A stretch of DNA of 58,032 bases. Source: Batkoa obscura (taxonomy: Eukaryota). The notes beneath the pieces were generated by a model. It had not been told where the DNA came from, ran no database searches, and saw only the letters and a program-made list of their open reading frames with translations. Position numbers and translations under genes: made by a program. Every line of letters begins with the position of its first letter. The stretch's first letter is position 1. Location of the stretch: assembly GCA_030770535.1 (NCBI GenBank), contig JASVEC010000101.1, positions 1 to 58,032 on the forward strand, given 5' to 3'. Of the stretch, positions 11,995 to 24,557 are shown in pieces.

Positions 11995-12486
11995 ATGTCA
12001 GAAGAAATAACAAGTATTTTTAATAAGATTAAAAGCATCTATAAAGAGTATGATTTAAATTTAGTATCAGGTGGCTTAGTTGATTCAAAAGGTAAATCTG
12101 ATGTTGATATTTCTCTCTATTGTGAAGCTTACAATACCTTACATCATGTCTTTAAAAATAGTACTGCAACTACATATCCTGATGAAAAAGCAACAATATA
12201 TTCTATAAGCGGGTATGATAGAGAGGTAAATGTGTTTGCCACAAGTGATATTAATAGAGTAAATATAGCTATTAAGCATAGAAATAACGAGTTGAAGTTG
12301 AATAAATATCCATTATTGGTTTCTGCAGCTATAACGTTAAAAAGATTAGGAGAAAGTACAGAAAGTGCATGGATGAAAGTACTGGAACTAAATGGTGATC
12401 CATATCAAATAATGGCTAGAGATGATATAGAAGATATCGCCAAAATCCAAGAAGAAAGATTAAAAATGATTATGAATAAACTATGA
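11995..12486 (+). CDS. DUF4269-like nucleotidyltransferase-fold protein, intronless
   Basis: 163 aa. LVSGGLVDSKGKSDVDISL fits the hG..DhD NTase motif; AIKHRNNE...ITLKRLGESTESAWMKVLELNGDPY resembles the DUF4269 C-terminus (A.RH..IE...LK..G.KTEPAF..LL.L.GDPY) as recalled. Confidence 0.7.
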   Translation: MSEEITSIFNKIKSIYKEYDLNLVSGGLVDSKGKSDVDISLYCEAYNTLHHVFKNSTATTYPDEKATIYSISGYDREVNVFATSDINRVNIAIKHRNNELKLNKYPLLVSAAITLKRLGESTESAWMKVLELNGDPYQIMARDDIEDIAKIQEERLKMIMNKL

Positions 12487-12489
12487 ACG

Positions 12490-12596
12490 ATATGGGGATG
12501 TTTTTTTTGGCTTCATTACTTTTTCTGTTTTTTAAGCGCTATTTGAGTGGAAAAATTGTTACTAAAATTCTTAAACATAAAAATACATTCCCATAT
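12490..12596 (+). mobile_element. MITE-A copy
   Basis: ATATGGGGATGTTTTT...AAAAATACATTCCCATAT; starts 3 nt after the stop codon of the upstream ORF. Confidence 0.92.
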
Positions 12597-13154
12597 CTTA
12601 AATTTCTAATGTGGAGATTCCAGGATTTTGATTATCTTTAATTTACTATAAGAATACGTTTATCAGCTCCCTAGATATTTATATTATTACTTAATGCGGT
12701 AAAAAATGAATCTTGGATACGATCTTGATCAAGCTGTAAAGTTCATTAATAAAATAAGCATAACCTCTTATTTAACATTAAATCAATTAATATATATACT
12801 TAACCTTTAATTTTGTTAAATAAGACGATTACTATTTACATTAATATCCTTGTATAAAATTCAAGATAACATTCCAGTTAAATAAAGTGGATAAATTCAC
12901 TATTACTGTTACTTTAATATTTACTAATTTAAACTGTGATTTAAAACAACTAAAATACATTTAATAAATACCGATATTGTTATATTTATTTATTGTTAGT
13001 ATAAGAACCGTGGATTTACCCTTGCCTATTTATTGACAACATATTTACTAGCTCAATCCTAAAAGCGAAAATTCAATACTTAGTTTAAATAAATAACTTT
13101 GACTTAAGATCAGGTGTACTATTACAGTATCCAGACCAAGCTTGTTGTATTATA

Positions 13155-14016
13155 TCACAAATTCTCTGAAATTTTTAACAAGTTCCTCAACGAGCTATTT
13201 TCGCTTTCTAAACGAGATAATTCTTCTTGATAAATCATTTCATCTTCTTCTAAGTGATCCAAAATACCCGACTTGACCGAGTCAGTTAGTTTTTGTAACA
13301 AACTTCGAAGTTTAAAGTTCTCTTGAGCTAACTGTGAATTTAAAAGCTTGAAAGTAGATATCAACAAATAGTAATAATAAAAATATAGTAATGTTTACTT
13401 TTTCTTCAGCCAAATTTGCTTCATACTTCTTTCTAAGAAGATGTGATTCTTCTAATAAAGCAGCACAACGGGAACGAAAAGAACTCATAAGTGTTTGAGT
13501 TGATTTTTCGTGTTCTTGAATGAGGTCATCTTGATCAAGTAATTGAGCTTCTAATTCATCAACTCTTGTTTGATATTTTTCAATAATTGAATTTATCTTG
13601 CTTGAATTTGGGACTTGAATATCCTCATTTTTAATTTCATTGTCTATCTTTATTAATAAAATTTAATAAGATTCCTCAAATAAAAAATTACCATTGAAAC
13701 TAACATCACCTGTTTGAAGTGGTAAATCATTTAAAAGGCTTTCTTCTATTTCTTCATTTTTGCTAATTAGGATCTAAAATAGGATAAAAGTATGTTTCAT
13801 TACTTCTAATTAAAATACCTTGAATTCATTCAAATCGGCTTTCAAATTTTTTAAAATGGATCTGTTCTCTTTTAAACTTGTAAAGAGCTTAGAATTTAAA
13901 ACTTCATTGCTTTTTAACTGCTCCGGATTTTCGTTTTGAGTAAATGTTTGTTGGTTAAAATTTTGCGAGACATCTACGTATCCTTGATTATCTCCATTAA
14001 CCCCATTATCAATCAT
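13155..14016 (-). CDS. Coiled-coil protein, SIKE/FGFR1OP2-like (candidate STRIPAK subunit), spliced
   Basis: Internal exon LIQEHEKSTQTLMSSFRSR resembles the SIKE-family LEEHQ..LELIMSKYR motif; C-terminal LSRLESENSSLRNLLKIS coil. Confidence 0.65.
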
Positions 14017-14370
14017 ATTTGGCAATTATGCTGTTGAAAGAAATTTGATATAGCTTAAGAAAAAACTTTTAAACTGCAAAATTAGAAATATGAAATTTAT
14101 ACAAAATTCAATCAAAAAATATCTAATAAATAGAACATAACGTAATTTACTATTAGTTGGATAAGGATGAAAGTCGCTTAATACATATTTTTTATACTAA
14201 ACTATTTCTGTGCTATTATTATATTATTGTGTTATCCTTAGTACTATCATTAATACTTTTATTTAATGTTCATATTTAACATTTTCTATATAGCTTCATC
14301 TCAACCAATCAATCGTAAGTTGGTACTTTTGGTCATCATCTACAAAATTCATTTAACGTTTTAATTCAAA

Positions 14371-16047
14371 ATGTCTTCAGAAAATAAAGAGAATAAGGAT
14401 AGTAAGGATGGAAATAATATTCAGCCCACTTCTGAAGTTGATGAAGATGGCGAAAAGCAGGTTACCGATCCAGAAAAAATAGCTAAAGTTATCAAACTTT
14501 TGGAAAACTTAAACAGACAAACTGGTGAGGGAATACCAAGCGCTTATTTGGATAAAATAAAGAGAAATGCTGGTATACTTGATGAACCAAATCATGCTTT
14601 TTGGAAAACTCAGCCCGTACCACAAAAAGGTTTATACATATATATTAACAAATTTACTCTAATTATATATAGAGCTTCCTGTGGATGCTACGCCCGGAGC
14701 CATCCATGAAGACATTCCAATTGAAAAAATCAGTAGTAAATCCATTGGTTTACCTAAAGAGTTTGAGTGGGTAGAAATAGATCTCGATGATTCTGAAGAC
14801 GTAAATTGATTAACTTATTTACAACCTTATATTTAGTTTAATTTATTTAGCTTGATCAACTATATAACTTGTTAAAATTTAACTATAATGAAGACACGGA
14901 TGGAATGTTTCGTTTTGATTATTCAAGTGACTTTTTAAAATGGTAATTAATGTTGAAGTTGATAATGCATTTATTTTACATGTGTAGGGCCCTTAAACCT
15001 CCAAGTTATAAGAAAGAGTGGCATATAGGAGTACGAGTAGCTGCCACAAAAAAATTAGTTGCTTTTATTTCCGGTGTACCAATCGAGATGAAAGTATTGG
15101 AAAAGTATGTTTACTTTTAACTTTCATTAAAAATCTTAATTTCATTTATAGTGAAAAGCCTATGGTTGAAATTAACTTTTTATGTGTTCATAAAAAATTG
15201 CGCTCAAAACGTCTAGCACCTGTTCTAATTAAAGAGGTCACCCGCCGTGTTCATTTGACTGGTGTATTCCAGGCTGTTTACACTGCAGGTGTTAAGATTC
15301 CTACTCCAGTTGCAGTTTGCCCGTAATTTTTTTAGAATTAATAATACATATACTTATTCATTTAGATATTTTCATCGCACCATAAATCCAAAAAAGTTGA
15401 TAGAAGTAGGATTTAGTGGACTTGGAAATATGACTATGGAGAAAAGAATAGCTAGAGATGCACTTCCATCAAAAACTCCTTTATCATTAAGGTTGATGGA
15501 GCCTAAAGATGTTAATAAAGTTCAAGGACTTTTCAATGAGTTTCAAAAAAAGAACACAAAGCTCACCCCTATTTTGAAAGATGAGGACACTGCTAAACAT
15601 AGTTTACTACCTGTTTCTAATGTTCTTTGGACTTATGTTATTGAAAATAAGGAGGAGGAAATTACAGATTTTATCTCGTTTTATAGATTAGATTCATCTG
15701 TGTTACATACTACTCAACACGAAAAGATTGAAGCAGCATATCTTTATTATTATGGCACTACTGTATCTAATGAAGATGACTCTGAAATTTATAAGAAACG
15801 CCTTCAAGACCTTGTTCAATCTGCCTTAATTAAAGCAAAAGAAGTAATTTTATCATTTTAGTTTTAGGAATATTTCATTTATTTTTAGATTGGATTTGAT
15901 GTGTTTAATGGTTTAGAAAGTAATCAAGGCCATTTGTTTTACAAAGAACTAGGATTTTCTAAAGGAGATGGCTCATTACATTATTATCTTTTTAATTGGC
16001 AATGTCCTTCGCTTGAATGCAAAGACATTGGGCTTATTATGGTTTAG
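14371..16047 (+). CDS. NMT1: Glycylpeptide N-myristoyltransferase, multi-exon
   Basis: [44 protein letters not shown] and [12 protein letters not shown]; stop TAG at 16045-16047. Confidence 0.97.
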
Positions 16048-16635
16048 AAATAAACAAATATAGATAATAGGATTAAAACATGTCAACCTAATTTGAATTT
16101 ATTATGTATTATCAATGCTTAAATTTGATTCTATAGACCATAGTAATGGCTCAATTCTATTTTATTGATAGTTAATTGTAAGCTTATATTTTACTATTTG
16201 TTTTTTTAGATTTTTATATCATACTATTTATTTGAAAAGCCCTAAAAATATTTATTACTTTATCAGACGGAACAATGTTAATAGAATAGTATTTAGTATC
16301 CAACATAGATGAAATATATGGTAAATTTATTAGATTTAAATTTTAAAAACTAAAAATTGAGATATACAACCAAATTTTACTATAACTATTTTATATACTT
16401 GCTTTTTCAGATCATTTCATAATAAGTTTTAATAAATATTATTTAATTTTATTTACTCTCTATGTTTACAGTAATTTTAATACTAATAATCATGAGACAG
16501 TAAAAATTTTAGATCCCTTAATTTATATTTATCCAATAATGCTCGAAGTTAAACTTGTATTAGCAAATTAAACTAATTTACATTAGATGATACTCCGTTT
16601 AAAGCAAATTCAACAATTTAAGCTGTTCACTTCTT

Positions 16636-18206
16636 ATGTTAAAGATGAAAGCATTTAATTATATTACTAGAAATATCAAATATAGCTCATTTATTAATAA
16701 ATTTAAATTAAGATGTAATTCTACTCTCTCAAAAGTTTTACAGCAAGAACTTGAATCAATAAAACAAGCTGGTACTTTTAAAAATGAGAGAGTAATAGCC
16801 TCTCCACAAGGGTCAGCAATTAAAGTTGACAGTGAAGGTCAAAAATTAGACGAATTATGCCTATGCGCAAATAACTACCTTGGTCTTTCTAATCACCCTG
16901 AAGTAGTCGCTGAAGCAAAAAAATATTTAGATTCCCATGGCGCAGGACTTTCTTCAGTTAGGTTTATTTGTGGTACTCAAGTAATTTTTGATATATCGAT
17001 TTATTATGATTTGATTAAAATTTTAACAGGATATTCATAAAAATTTAGAAAATCAAATTTCAAAATTTCATGGAACTCAAGATACTATATTATATATCTC
17101 ATGCTTTGATGCTAATGCAGGAATTTTCGAAACTTTATTAAAAGAACAAGATGCTGTAATCTCTGATTCTCTTAATCATGCCTCAATAATTGATGGTATT
17201 CGACTTTCTAAAGCTGCTAGGTACAGATACAAGAATGCTGATATGAATGGTAACTAGTTTGTAATAATTATGAACAAAATCTAAATAATAAATAGATCTT
17301 GAAGCACAATTAATTGCTGCTACTGAAAAAGGTGCTAGACTTAAAGTAATCGCAACTGGTAACTCTAAATAATTTGAAGTTTTTCAGTAGCTTATTTATT
17401 TTTAAGATGGTGTTTTCTCTATGGATGGAAAGATTGCCCCCCTTGACAAAATTTGTGATTTAGCTGATAAATATGATGCTTTGGTATTTGTTGACGATTG
17501 CCATGCTACCGGTTTTGTAGGAAAAACTGGAAGGTAAATTTATTTTTATGCAAAAAAAAATATATTTAAGTATACAGAGGTACTCCTGAGCTTTTCGGTG
17601 TACAAGATCGTGTACATATCTTAAACTCTACCCTTGGAAAAGCTCTTGGAGGAGCATCTGGTGGGTATACTACTGGGCATGCTGATATTATTGCCCTTTT
17701 AAGACAAAGATCTCGTCCATATTTGTTCTCCAACTCAATTCCACCTCCAGTGGCTGGTGCTGCTTCAGCTGCAATTAAATTAATAGACACTGAACCTCAA
17801 TTATTAGAAAAGCTTTGGAAGAATACTGATGTATTCCGTAAAGCACTAACAGAAGCCGGTTTTAAAATCAAGGTAAATTCACTACTTATTTTTGTTCATT
17901 TATTGATATATATTTAATTAGGGAGATCGTCACCCTATTACACCTATTATGTTAGGAGATGCTAGATTAGCTGCTGATTTTGCACATGGTATGTCTAAAC
18001 TTGGAATTTATGTTGTTGGTTTCTCCTATCCAGTAGTACCAAAGGGTAAATATAACCATAGTACTTTATTGTTAGTAATATTAATTCAAATTATAGATCA
18101 AGCAAGAATAAGAGTTCAAATATCTGCTGACTTATCTGATGAACAATTAAGTAAAGCTATTGATGCTTTTATTAAAGTAGGAAAAGAGCGTGGTATTATT
18201 GTTTAA
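16636..18206 (+). CDS. GCAT: 2-amino-3-ketobutyrate CoA ligase (glycine C-acetyltransferase), mitochondrial
   Basis: [58 protein letters not shown] and ARIRVQISA. Confidence 0.96.
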
Positions 18207-18404
18207 ATAAAATTTTATTTAGACTAATTAGTTTCATATTTTAAATGTTACATATTTGTTAAACAATCATTTTTTATTATATTTGATGTACGAATCATGT
18301 GCAATTGATTTTTGTAATTTAATAAAAATTTTGAATTTTGGTTTAGAAAATTTAAAAATAATCAAAATTAAACTTTCTTTTATAATTCACTTTTGATTTT
18401 AAAT

Positions 18405-19107
18405 ATGGCAAAACTCAATACAATCAGTACATTGAATTTACCATCATTTGAAGAAGGATGTGACCAAGAAATAATTGGAACTAAAGAATATACGAATGTA
18501 TTCTTATTTGAAGACGATAAAGTATATAACAATTCTTATTATCATTTATAAAATCATAGCTAGAAAGATACTTTTAGGACTAAAGAAGCGTGGTTTTGGT
18601 AAAGGTAAATGGAATGGTTTTGGTGGGAAAATTGAGGTTGGCGAAACAATAATTGAAGGGGCTAAAAGAGAGATGAAAGTAAGCATTTTTTCAAAATGTA
18701 AACTAAACACATAATAGTTAAAAAGGAAGAAGCATGTATTTCAATAAAGTCGATGGAAAAAATTGGTGAGTTAAAATTTGTTTTCTCACAAAGGAATATT
18801 GCTTTAATAGTACATATATTCAAAGCTAGTGGATACGAAGGAACAGTTTCTGAGTAATTCATTATAACATTTATTTACATTTCTTATTTACGATTTCTCT
18901 CATGGTAGAACTGAAGAAATGCTTCCAAAATGGTTCAAGAGTAATATTGAAAGTATACCATTTAAAGAAATGTGGTCCGATGATTGTTATTGGTTCCCAT
19001 ATATCATTGAAGGAACTCCATTTAAAGGAGCGTTCTACCTTGACGGTAATGATGAAGCTACTCTTTTAGCTGCTACATTGGATACTTTAAAGACAAACTC
19101 ATTTTAA
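18405..19107 (+). CDS. NUDT1: Nudix hydrolase, MTH1/NUDT1-like (oxidised purine nucleotide triphosphatase)
   Basis: [39 protein letters not shown] Nudix box; [10 protein letters not shown] and [12 protein letters not shown]. Confidence 0.92.
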
Positions 19108-19132
19108 AGAAAAAAAATAAAAAAGATAAACT

Positions 19133-20195
19133 CTATTTTAATTTAGCATTTAATCGGATACTACATATATCTGCTAAATATATTAAAACATTAGCTATAG
19201 CCCTTGAATCATCGATACCAGAATGATTTCTCCCTTTAAACTCAATTTTAAAGCTACTGCAAATTGTTACTAAGGACGGCATTCTACCTTTGAATCGGCC
19301 CCATTCTTTAGAAGATGGGTGGTATTTTTTATAGTTATTAAGTAAAATCGAAGAGAGCTTTTGCATATCTAAATAATCTCCTTGAAATAAATCAGGAACT
19401 TCTAAACCGTTTGCTGCTAATGTAATTAATAAAAAACGTTCCAAATCTGAAGGCCCGTGAGTAGCAATAGAAACATCAACTATATAAATTAATCTATGTT
19501 TACATTAAAAAAGATTTGAAATACTTTTTGAATCTTCTGTATTAAACACTTTGATAAATTCAAGGAATGAATTTAAAACCTCAGGAAAAGAAGGGCTTGA
19601 ATCGATAGTATGCTAAATAAAGTAAACGAATACTATAAATTTAATATTGGATTACTTGTTCAATCCCAGTTAAATCTGTACAATATTTAGTTAATATTGG
19701 ATTTAACTTAGGCTTAACATAAGAATGAAATTCATCAACCTAATAATTATAAATAGTTAATAACTGTGTAGATAACTTAAGTTCTTTTACTATTTTGTTC
19801 GTTTTAGTATCTATAATGACTGCAGGAAATTCAATAATCTCATGTGTGTCATCATCAAAGCCGACATTTCCTTCACATGTAGCTTCAAAATCAATACATG
19901 CAATATATCTAGTTGGAATCCCCCACCCTTTTTCATCAATAAAATTGCTTTTTTTATGTGTTTTACCACTTTCTATTTCTAGTCTTTTTCTTAATCTATT
20001 TTTAAGTAGATACTCGCCTCCTTTTGTACTCATTCCTCTTTTTTTAAGTTCTTGTAGAACTTGTTTTATTTTTATTTTCCCAAAATTATCTATTAAATAA
20101 GTTGCTTCGTCTTTGATGTTTGTTGTGTCTTCTTCAAACCCTAATATAACATCACCTGGATCACCATTTTGTAACAATTCATATATATTTCCCAT
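19133..20195 (-). CDS. ERI1-like DEDDh 3'-5' exoribonuclease with SAP domain
   Basis: SAP-like LQELKKRGMSTKG...LKNRL; CIDFEATC, EIIEFPAV and FKGRNHSGIDDSRAIA. Confidence 0.92.
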
Positions 20196-20538
20196 TCTCC
20201 AAAGTTGTTGATTTTAAAAAAAAACAAAAGAGGTTGAATGTAGATTAATTAAATAAAAAAGTATCTAGCATAGTTGTATAAGCAACTTAAAAAAGTCCAA
20301 ACTTTTAAACTCAATTAATTTATTAAAATCGAAATTAATCACATTATTTTGAATTTAGTATATAACTTATTAAATTATACTTTTATACTATTCCACTTGC
20401 CTTATTGATAATACCCATTATAGTTTGAGCAAAATATTTATCAATAGCTTTAATGATAAAGTTACATTGATAAAAACTATGTATATAAACTAGGCCTTTC
20501 TTTATATTTTTAAATATTAGTTAAATTATAAAAACATG

Positions 20539-20644
20539 ATATGGGGATGTATTTTTGTGTTTAAGAACTTTACTAACAAATTTCCCCCTCAAATAATGCT
20601 TAAAAGATAGAAAGAATAATGAAGCCGAAAAAACACCCCCATAT
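20539..20644 (-). mobile_element. MITE-A copy
   Basis: ATATGGGGATGTATTTTT...AAAAAACACCCCCATAT. Confidence 0.92.
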
Positions 20645-21044
20645 ATCTAATTCTATCAGCTAATTGTTATTGTACAATATTTAACTACTTTGATTTTATA
20701 GTTGATGCTTGTAGAGTTTTCCTGCTTATTTAATACATGAATAAATAATAGGCAATTTTTTTAAAATTTTAAATAGTAACGTTCAATAATATTGATAATA
20801 GTTTACTTTATAGAGCATACATATTAAACCTGGATATTTTTAAATACTATCGACAACTATTTTATAGAATTTGGGGGATTGATTGTGTTATTTTAACATT
20901 AAATTATATACTACAATTATTCAAAAAAAATTCTAAATCGAAAATTTACAAGCGTTTTATTATCAAAGGTAGCGTGAAGGCGAAGTTTTAATGGAGAGTA
21001 CGAAAGTCAAAATATATGGGGCGGTACAAATAAATGATAGTTAA

Positions 21045-21151
21045 ATATGTGAGGATAATTTTTTTGGTTTTATTACTTTTTCTATCTTTCAAGCGCTATT
21101 TGAGTGGAAAGGTTGTTAGTAAAATTCTCAAAAAAAACACATCCCCCATGT
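21045..21151 (+). mobile_element. MITE-A copy, degenerate termini
   Basis: Family body TTATTACTTTTTC...GCGCTATTTGAGTGGAAAG...CACATCCCCCATGT. Confidence 0.85.
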
Positions 21152-21724
21152 AATAAATTTAGCCTTTTTCAAAAATTTCAATGAACAAAGGTCAGTGTGA
21201 GAAATAACTTTTTAGAAGAAATAATACGTAGCAAAGAGTAACGGAGTTCATTCATAATGAGGGTATATCAGCTTGGCTAAAGGTTAGTTAAAGCGGGAAA
21301 GAATCTAATCTTATTTAACCTTTTATTATTTTCATCACATTCGCACTCCAACTTTTTTGTTTATTTGTTATAATTTGTAATTTAACAATAAAACAAAAAT
21401 AAAAAAATAAGAATTAGCTTTAAAATACTACACACAGTTTATTAATAATAATATCAATATTTAAATTAACCTAATTTTATATATAGGTTTTAATTGCATA
21501 CTGCTAAAGCTAAAGTTGCTCAATTTTAAGATTAAAAAGTTAGAAATTGAATTAAGGAAACATTTGAATGTAACAAATATTAACTGTGATATTTAATAGT
21601 AGTTTTAATTATCAACTTTACTTTTCATAGCATACATTAAAGAACAAAAGTAAGAGGAAGATACAGTTAAAAATAACTTATTTTTTGTTAATATTGATTT
21701 TGGGAGTATTAAAAATAGATTTAA

Positions 21725-21830
21725 ATATGGGAATGTTTTTTTAGTTTCATTACTCTCTCTATTTTTTAGGCGCTATTTAAGCGGAAAATTTGTCAGTAAA
21801 ATTCTTAAACACAAAAATACATCCCTATAT
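21725..21830 (+). mobile_element. MITE-A copy
   Basis: ATATGGGAATGTTTTT...AAAAATACATCCCTATAT. Confidence 0.92.
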
Positions 21831-22473
21831 CTTCAATCTTGAATTTTTATTTAATTAAGTGTGGTAGCTAAAATGATCATGTTAGGGGACATTACATTAA
21901 TTGATTTAATTAACATAATTAACATCAAGGTACCAGATAGTTTAAACTATCTAAGTAGAAAACTCTAATATCAGAAGTAGTTAAAATATTAATATTTTCT
22001 TTCAACTACATTTATAGAATATTTACAATTTTTAACACAATTTTGTATTCATTACTTTTTAAATAATTTTGTAAGGTTTAATTGCATACTTTACAATTTT
22101 AATTTTAATTTGAAAATTATACAAAATTCAATATTACGAATTGTATTAGCTTATAAATTCAAAACAAATGATGGTTATAACAGTTAAATATTAATTTAGT
22201 TATTTTTATATTAAATATTTATATGTATGATTATTATTTTCGAATTGATGTATAGCTAAATATTTGTTTCGATAGTGAAGTTTAAGATGTTCTCACAAAT
22301 CTTTTATTTTTCAACAAATGATATTTTATGTTTTAAAGATTTTTACGGATAAAATTTATCCTCGAAAATAACAATCAAAGAATAATGCAACAGCTTTTCT
22401 AAACTTAATAATCTGTGTTATTGCTTGAAGGAAATTTTTAATTACGAAATTAAGGCACAAATATAAAAGAGTG

Positions 22474-22545
22474 TAATTATTAATTATTAATTATTAATTA
22501 TTAATTATATTATTATATTATTATATTATTATATTATATTGTTAT
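22474..22545. repeat. AT-only simple repeat, (TAATTAT)n then (ATTATATT)n
   Basis: Directly visible tandem units. Confidence 0.8.
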
Positions 22546-23304
22546 AAAATAGATGAAGTTTACTAACAGTAAGACATTAAAACGACTATAAAAATATTAA
22601 GTTGAGTGGTGTAATTAAATACATAAACATGTTTCAGTTGTTAAATTTAGAATAATAAAAACTGGTTATATTTTAAACTAACATTTTCGAGAATTATAGT
22701 CACGACTTCTATTCCCATAACAAAATATAAACATTGATGGGTGTTCTAGTAAAGTAAAATCTTTCAATTGTATTGCTCAATTATATTAAATAATTTAATT
22801 TAATTGGATATTATATTGATTAAGTTGTAACAAGCTTTAAGTTAATCTATTAGACTGAAGAAAAAAGCTAATACATTAATAGCAAAAATATTATTTATTG
22901 ATTTAATATAATGTAGTTTGTTTGATTATTATAAATTGTTAACAGTTACGTTTTTAATGATATCTTTTATTATAATTTTGCTAAAAATAAAACTACAAAT
23001 TTGTATTTTGATAAAAGAATAAGATTTCCAATATAAAAACTTCCTTATCCCCAGATATTCTTAGAACAGTATTTGATTGGTTAGATCAAAAGGTAATTCT
23101 TACCACTGTTTATCAATTTTTAAAAAAATTATTTGATAAGAATAGAAAAATCCGTTGACAATTTCCAAGTAATTTTTATTGTAGGGAAATAAGAATTATG
23201 TGATTTGGTCTAAAAATAGATTGGAACTGAAAATTGAGAGCATCTGCTCCTTAAATGTAAAGAGTGGAGCCATTTTACTCAGAACAAATAATTAAAAAAA
23301 TGGG

Positions 23305-23313
23305 TATATAAAG
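23305..23313 (+). promoter_or_regulatory. Putative TATA box of the 23478 ORF
   Basis: TATATAAAG about 165 nt upstream of the ATG, with a reverse CCAAT (GATTGG) near 23075. Confidence 0.45.
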
Positions 23314-23477
23314 GAAAAAGGACTAATTAATTTGTTTTTGATTTTAATAGTTTAATTAAAATTATAAACGTTAACTTGATTTATTAACTACCTAATATAA
23401 CACTACTAACCCCAGCCCTAATTAATATCTATATATTTAAATACAACTACTTATCAACTAATTTTTAAATTTTAATA

Positions 23478-24557
23478 ATGTCAAAAAATGCAGATGTATT
23501 ATCACTATCAAATAACAATGGTACCGAATTAACCAGCGGATGGCGTTACTATTTACCTTCAAACCTATTTGCATTTAATAACAATAATAATAATAATGAC
23601 GAACAAGATTCTAGTGATAGTGATGATGAACCATTAGACTTATCCGATGAAGAAATTGATGCTTCTGAAGCTTACGATTTAATGTTAGGCTTACCAAAAG
23701 ACCTTTCTTTATCTCCACCAGTTGCATCTCCATCTAAACCAATAGTTGCTCCCCCAACAGCCATCAAATATGAAACTGCCAAAAAAGACTTGACCCCAGT
23801 TGCTGAATTAACACATTCTATTACACAACTTACTCCAGTTAAAACCGTTGAGCCAATTCAAACTACTAATCGTTGGTCATTTCCATCTTTTAAGCCTTTT
23901 GAATCTATCTCCAAGTTAAAGACTCCACCTTTATCTCCACCACTTTTTAAACAAATTGAAAAAGAAAGTTTAGAAACTATTGAATCTTCTCTTAATACCA
24001 CAAAACTCCTTGAAATAAGCTATAACAAGCTAAGAAAAGGTGCACGTAAATCTTCCCGTTTACCACTTAAAGAAACACTATTAGTTCATCTTACTGTAGA
24101 TCGTATTCGAGAGTTAAGGAAAATTCCAAGACGCAGTTCCTTACGTAACAAATCAAAAATTCAAAGAACCTCTGCACCTGCTTTACCACCCAAGCCAATT
24201 CAGGTTCAAACTGTTGTATCAATTGCGAATAACCCATCAACTGCTATAAAATCACAAATTGATATATCTTCAATCTCAACACGTAATATAAAATCTATTC
24301 AATGTATCCCTCCACCAATGCTAACTCAAAAGCAAAATATGTTGAATTCGATCCTTAAACCAACTCCTGCTTACTGCAAAGATAATTCATATAAACGTAA
24401 TGCAAACCTTTATATTCAATTGGACAACAGTAAAACAGAAAACTTGACCTTTAAGAATGATGTAGCAGTCATTGATACTGAGAGTGATGATAGCCCACTC
24501 TTTTATTTATTAGCCCCGCCTATTAGCCCACCACCAAAGGCTGCTTTTGCTTATTAA
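23478..24557 (+). CDS. Pro/Ser-rich disordered protein with a SERTA/IER-like helical motif, intronless
   Basis: 359-aa ORF; many SP/TP sites; TTKLLEISYNKLRKGARKSSRLPLKETLLVHLTVDRIREL. The confidence refers to the ORF; the motif call is weaker. Confidence 0.8.
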   Translation: MSKNADVLSLSNNNGTELTSGWRYYLPSNLFAFNNNNNNNDEQDSSDSDDEPLDLSDEEIDASEAYDLMLGLPKDLSLSPPVASPSKPIVAPPTAIKYETAKKDLTPVAELTHSITQLTPVKTVEPIQTTNRWSFPSFKPFESISKLKTPPLSPPLFKQIEKESLETIESSLNTTKLLEISYNKLRKGARKSSRLPLKETLLVHLTVDRIRELRKIPRRSSLRNKSKIQRTSAPALPPKPIQVQTVVSIANNPSTAIKSQIDISSISTRNIKSIQCIPPPMLTQKQNMLNSILKPTPAYCKDNSYKRNANLYIQLDNSKTENLTFKNDVAVIDTESDDSPLFYLLAPPISPPPKAAFAY

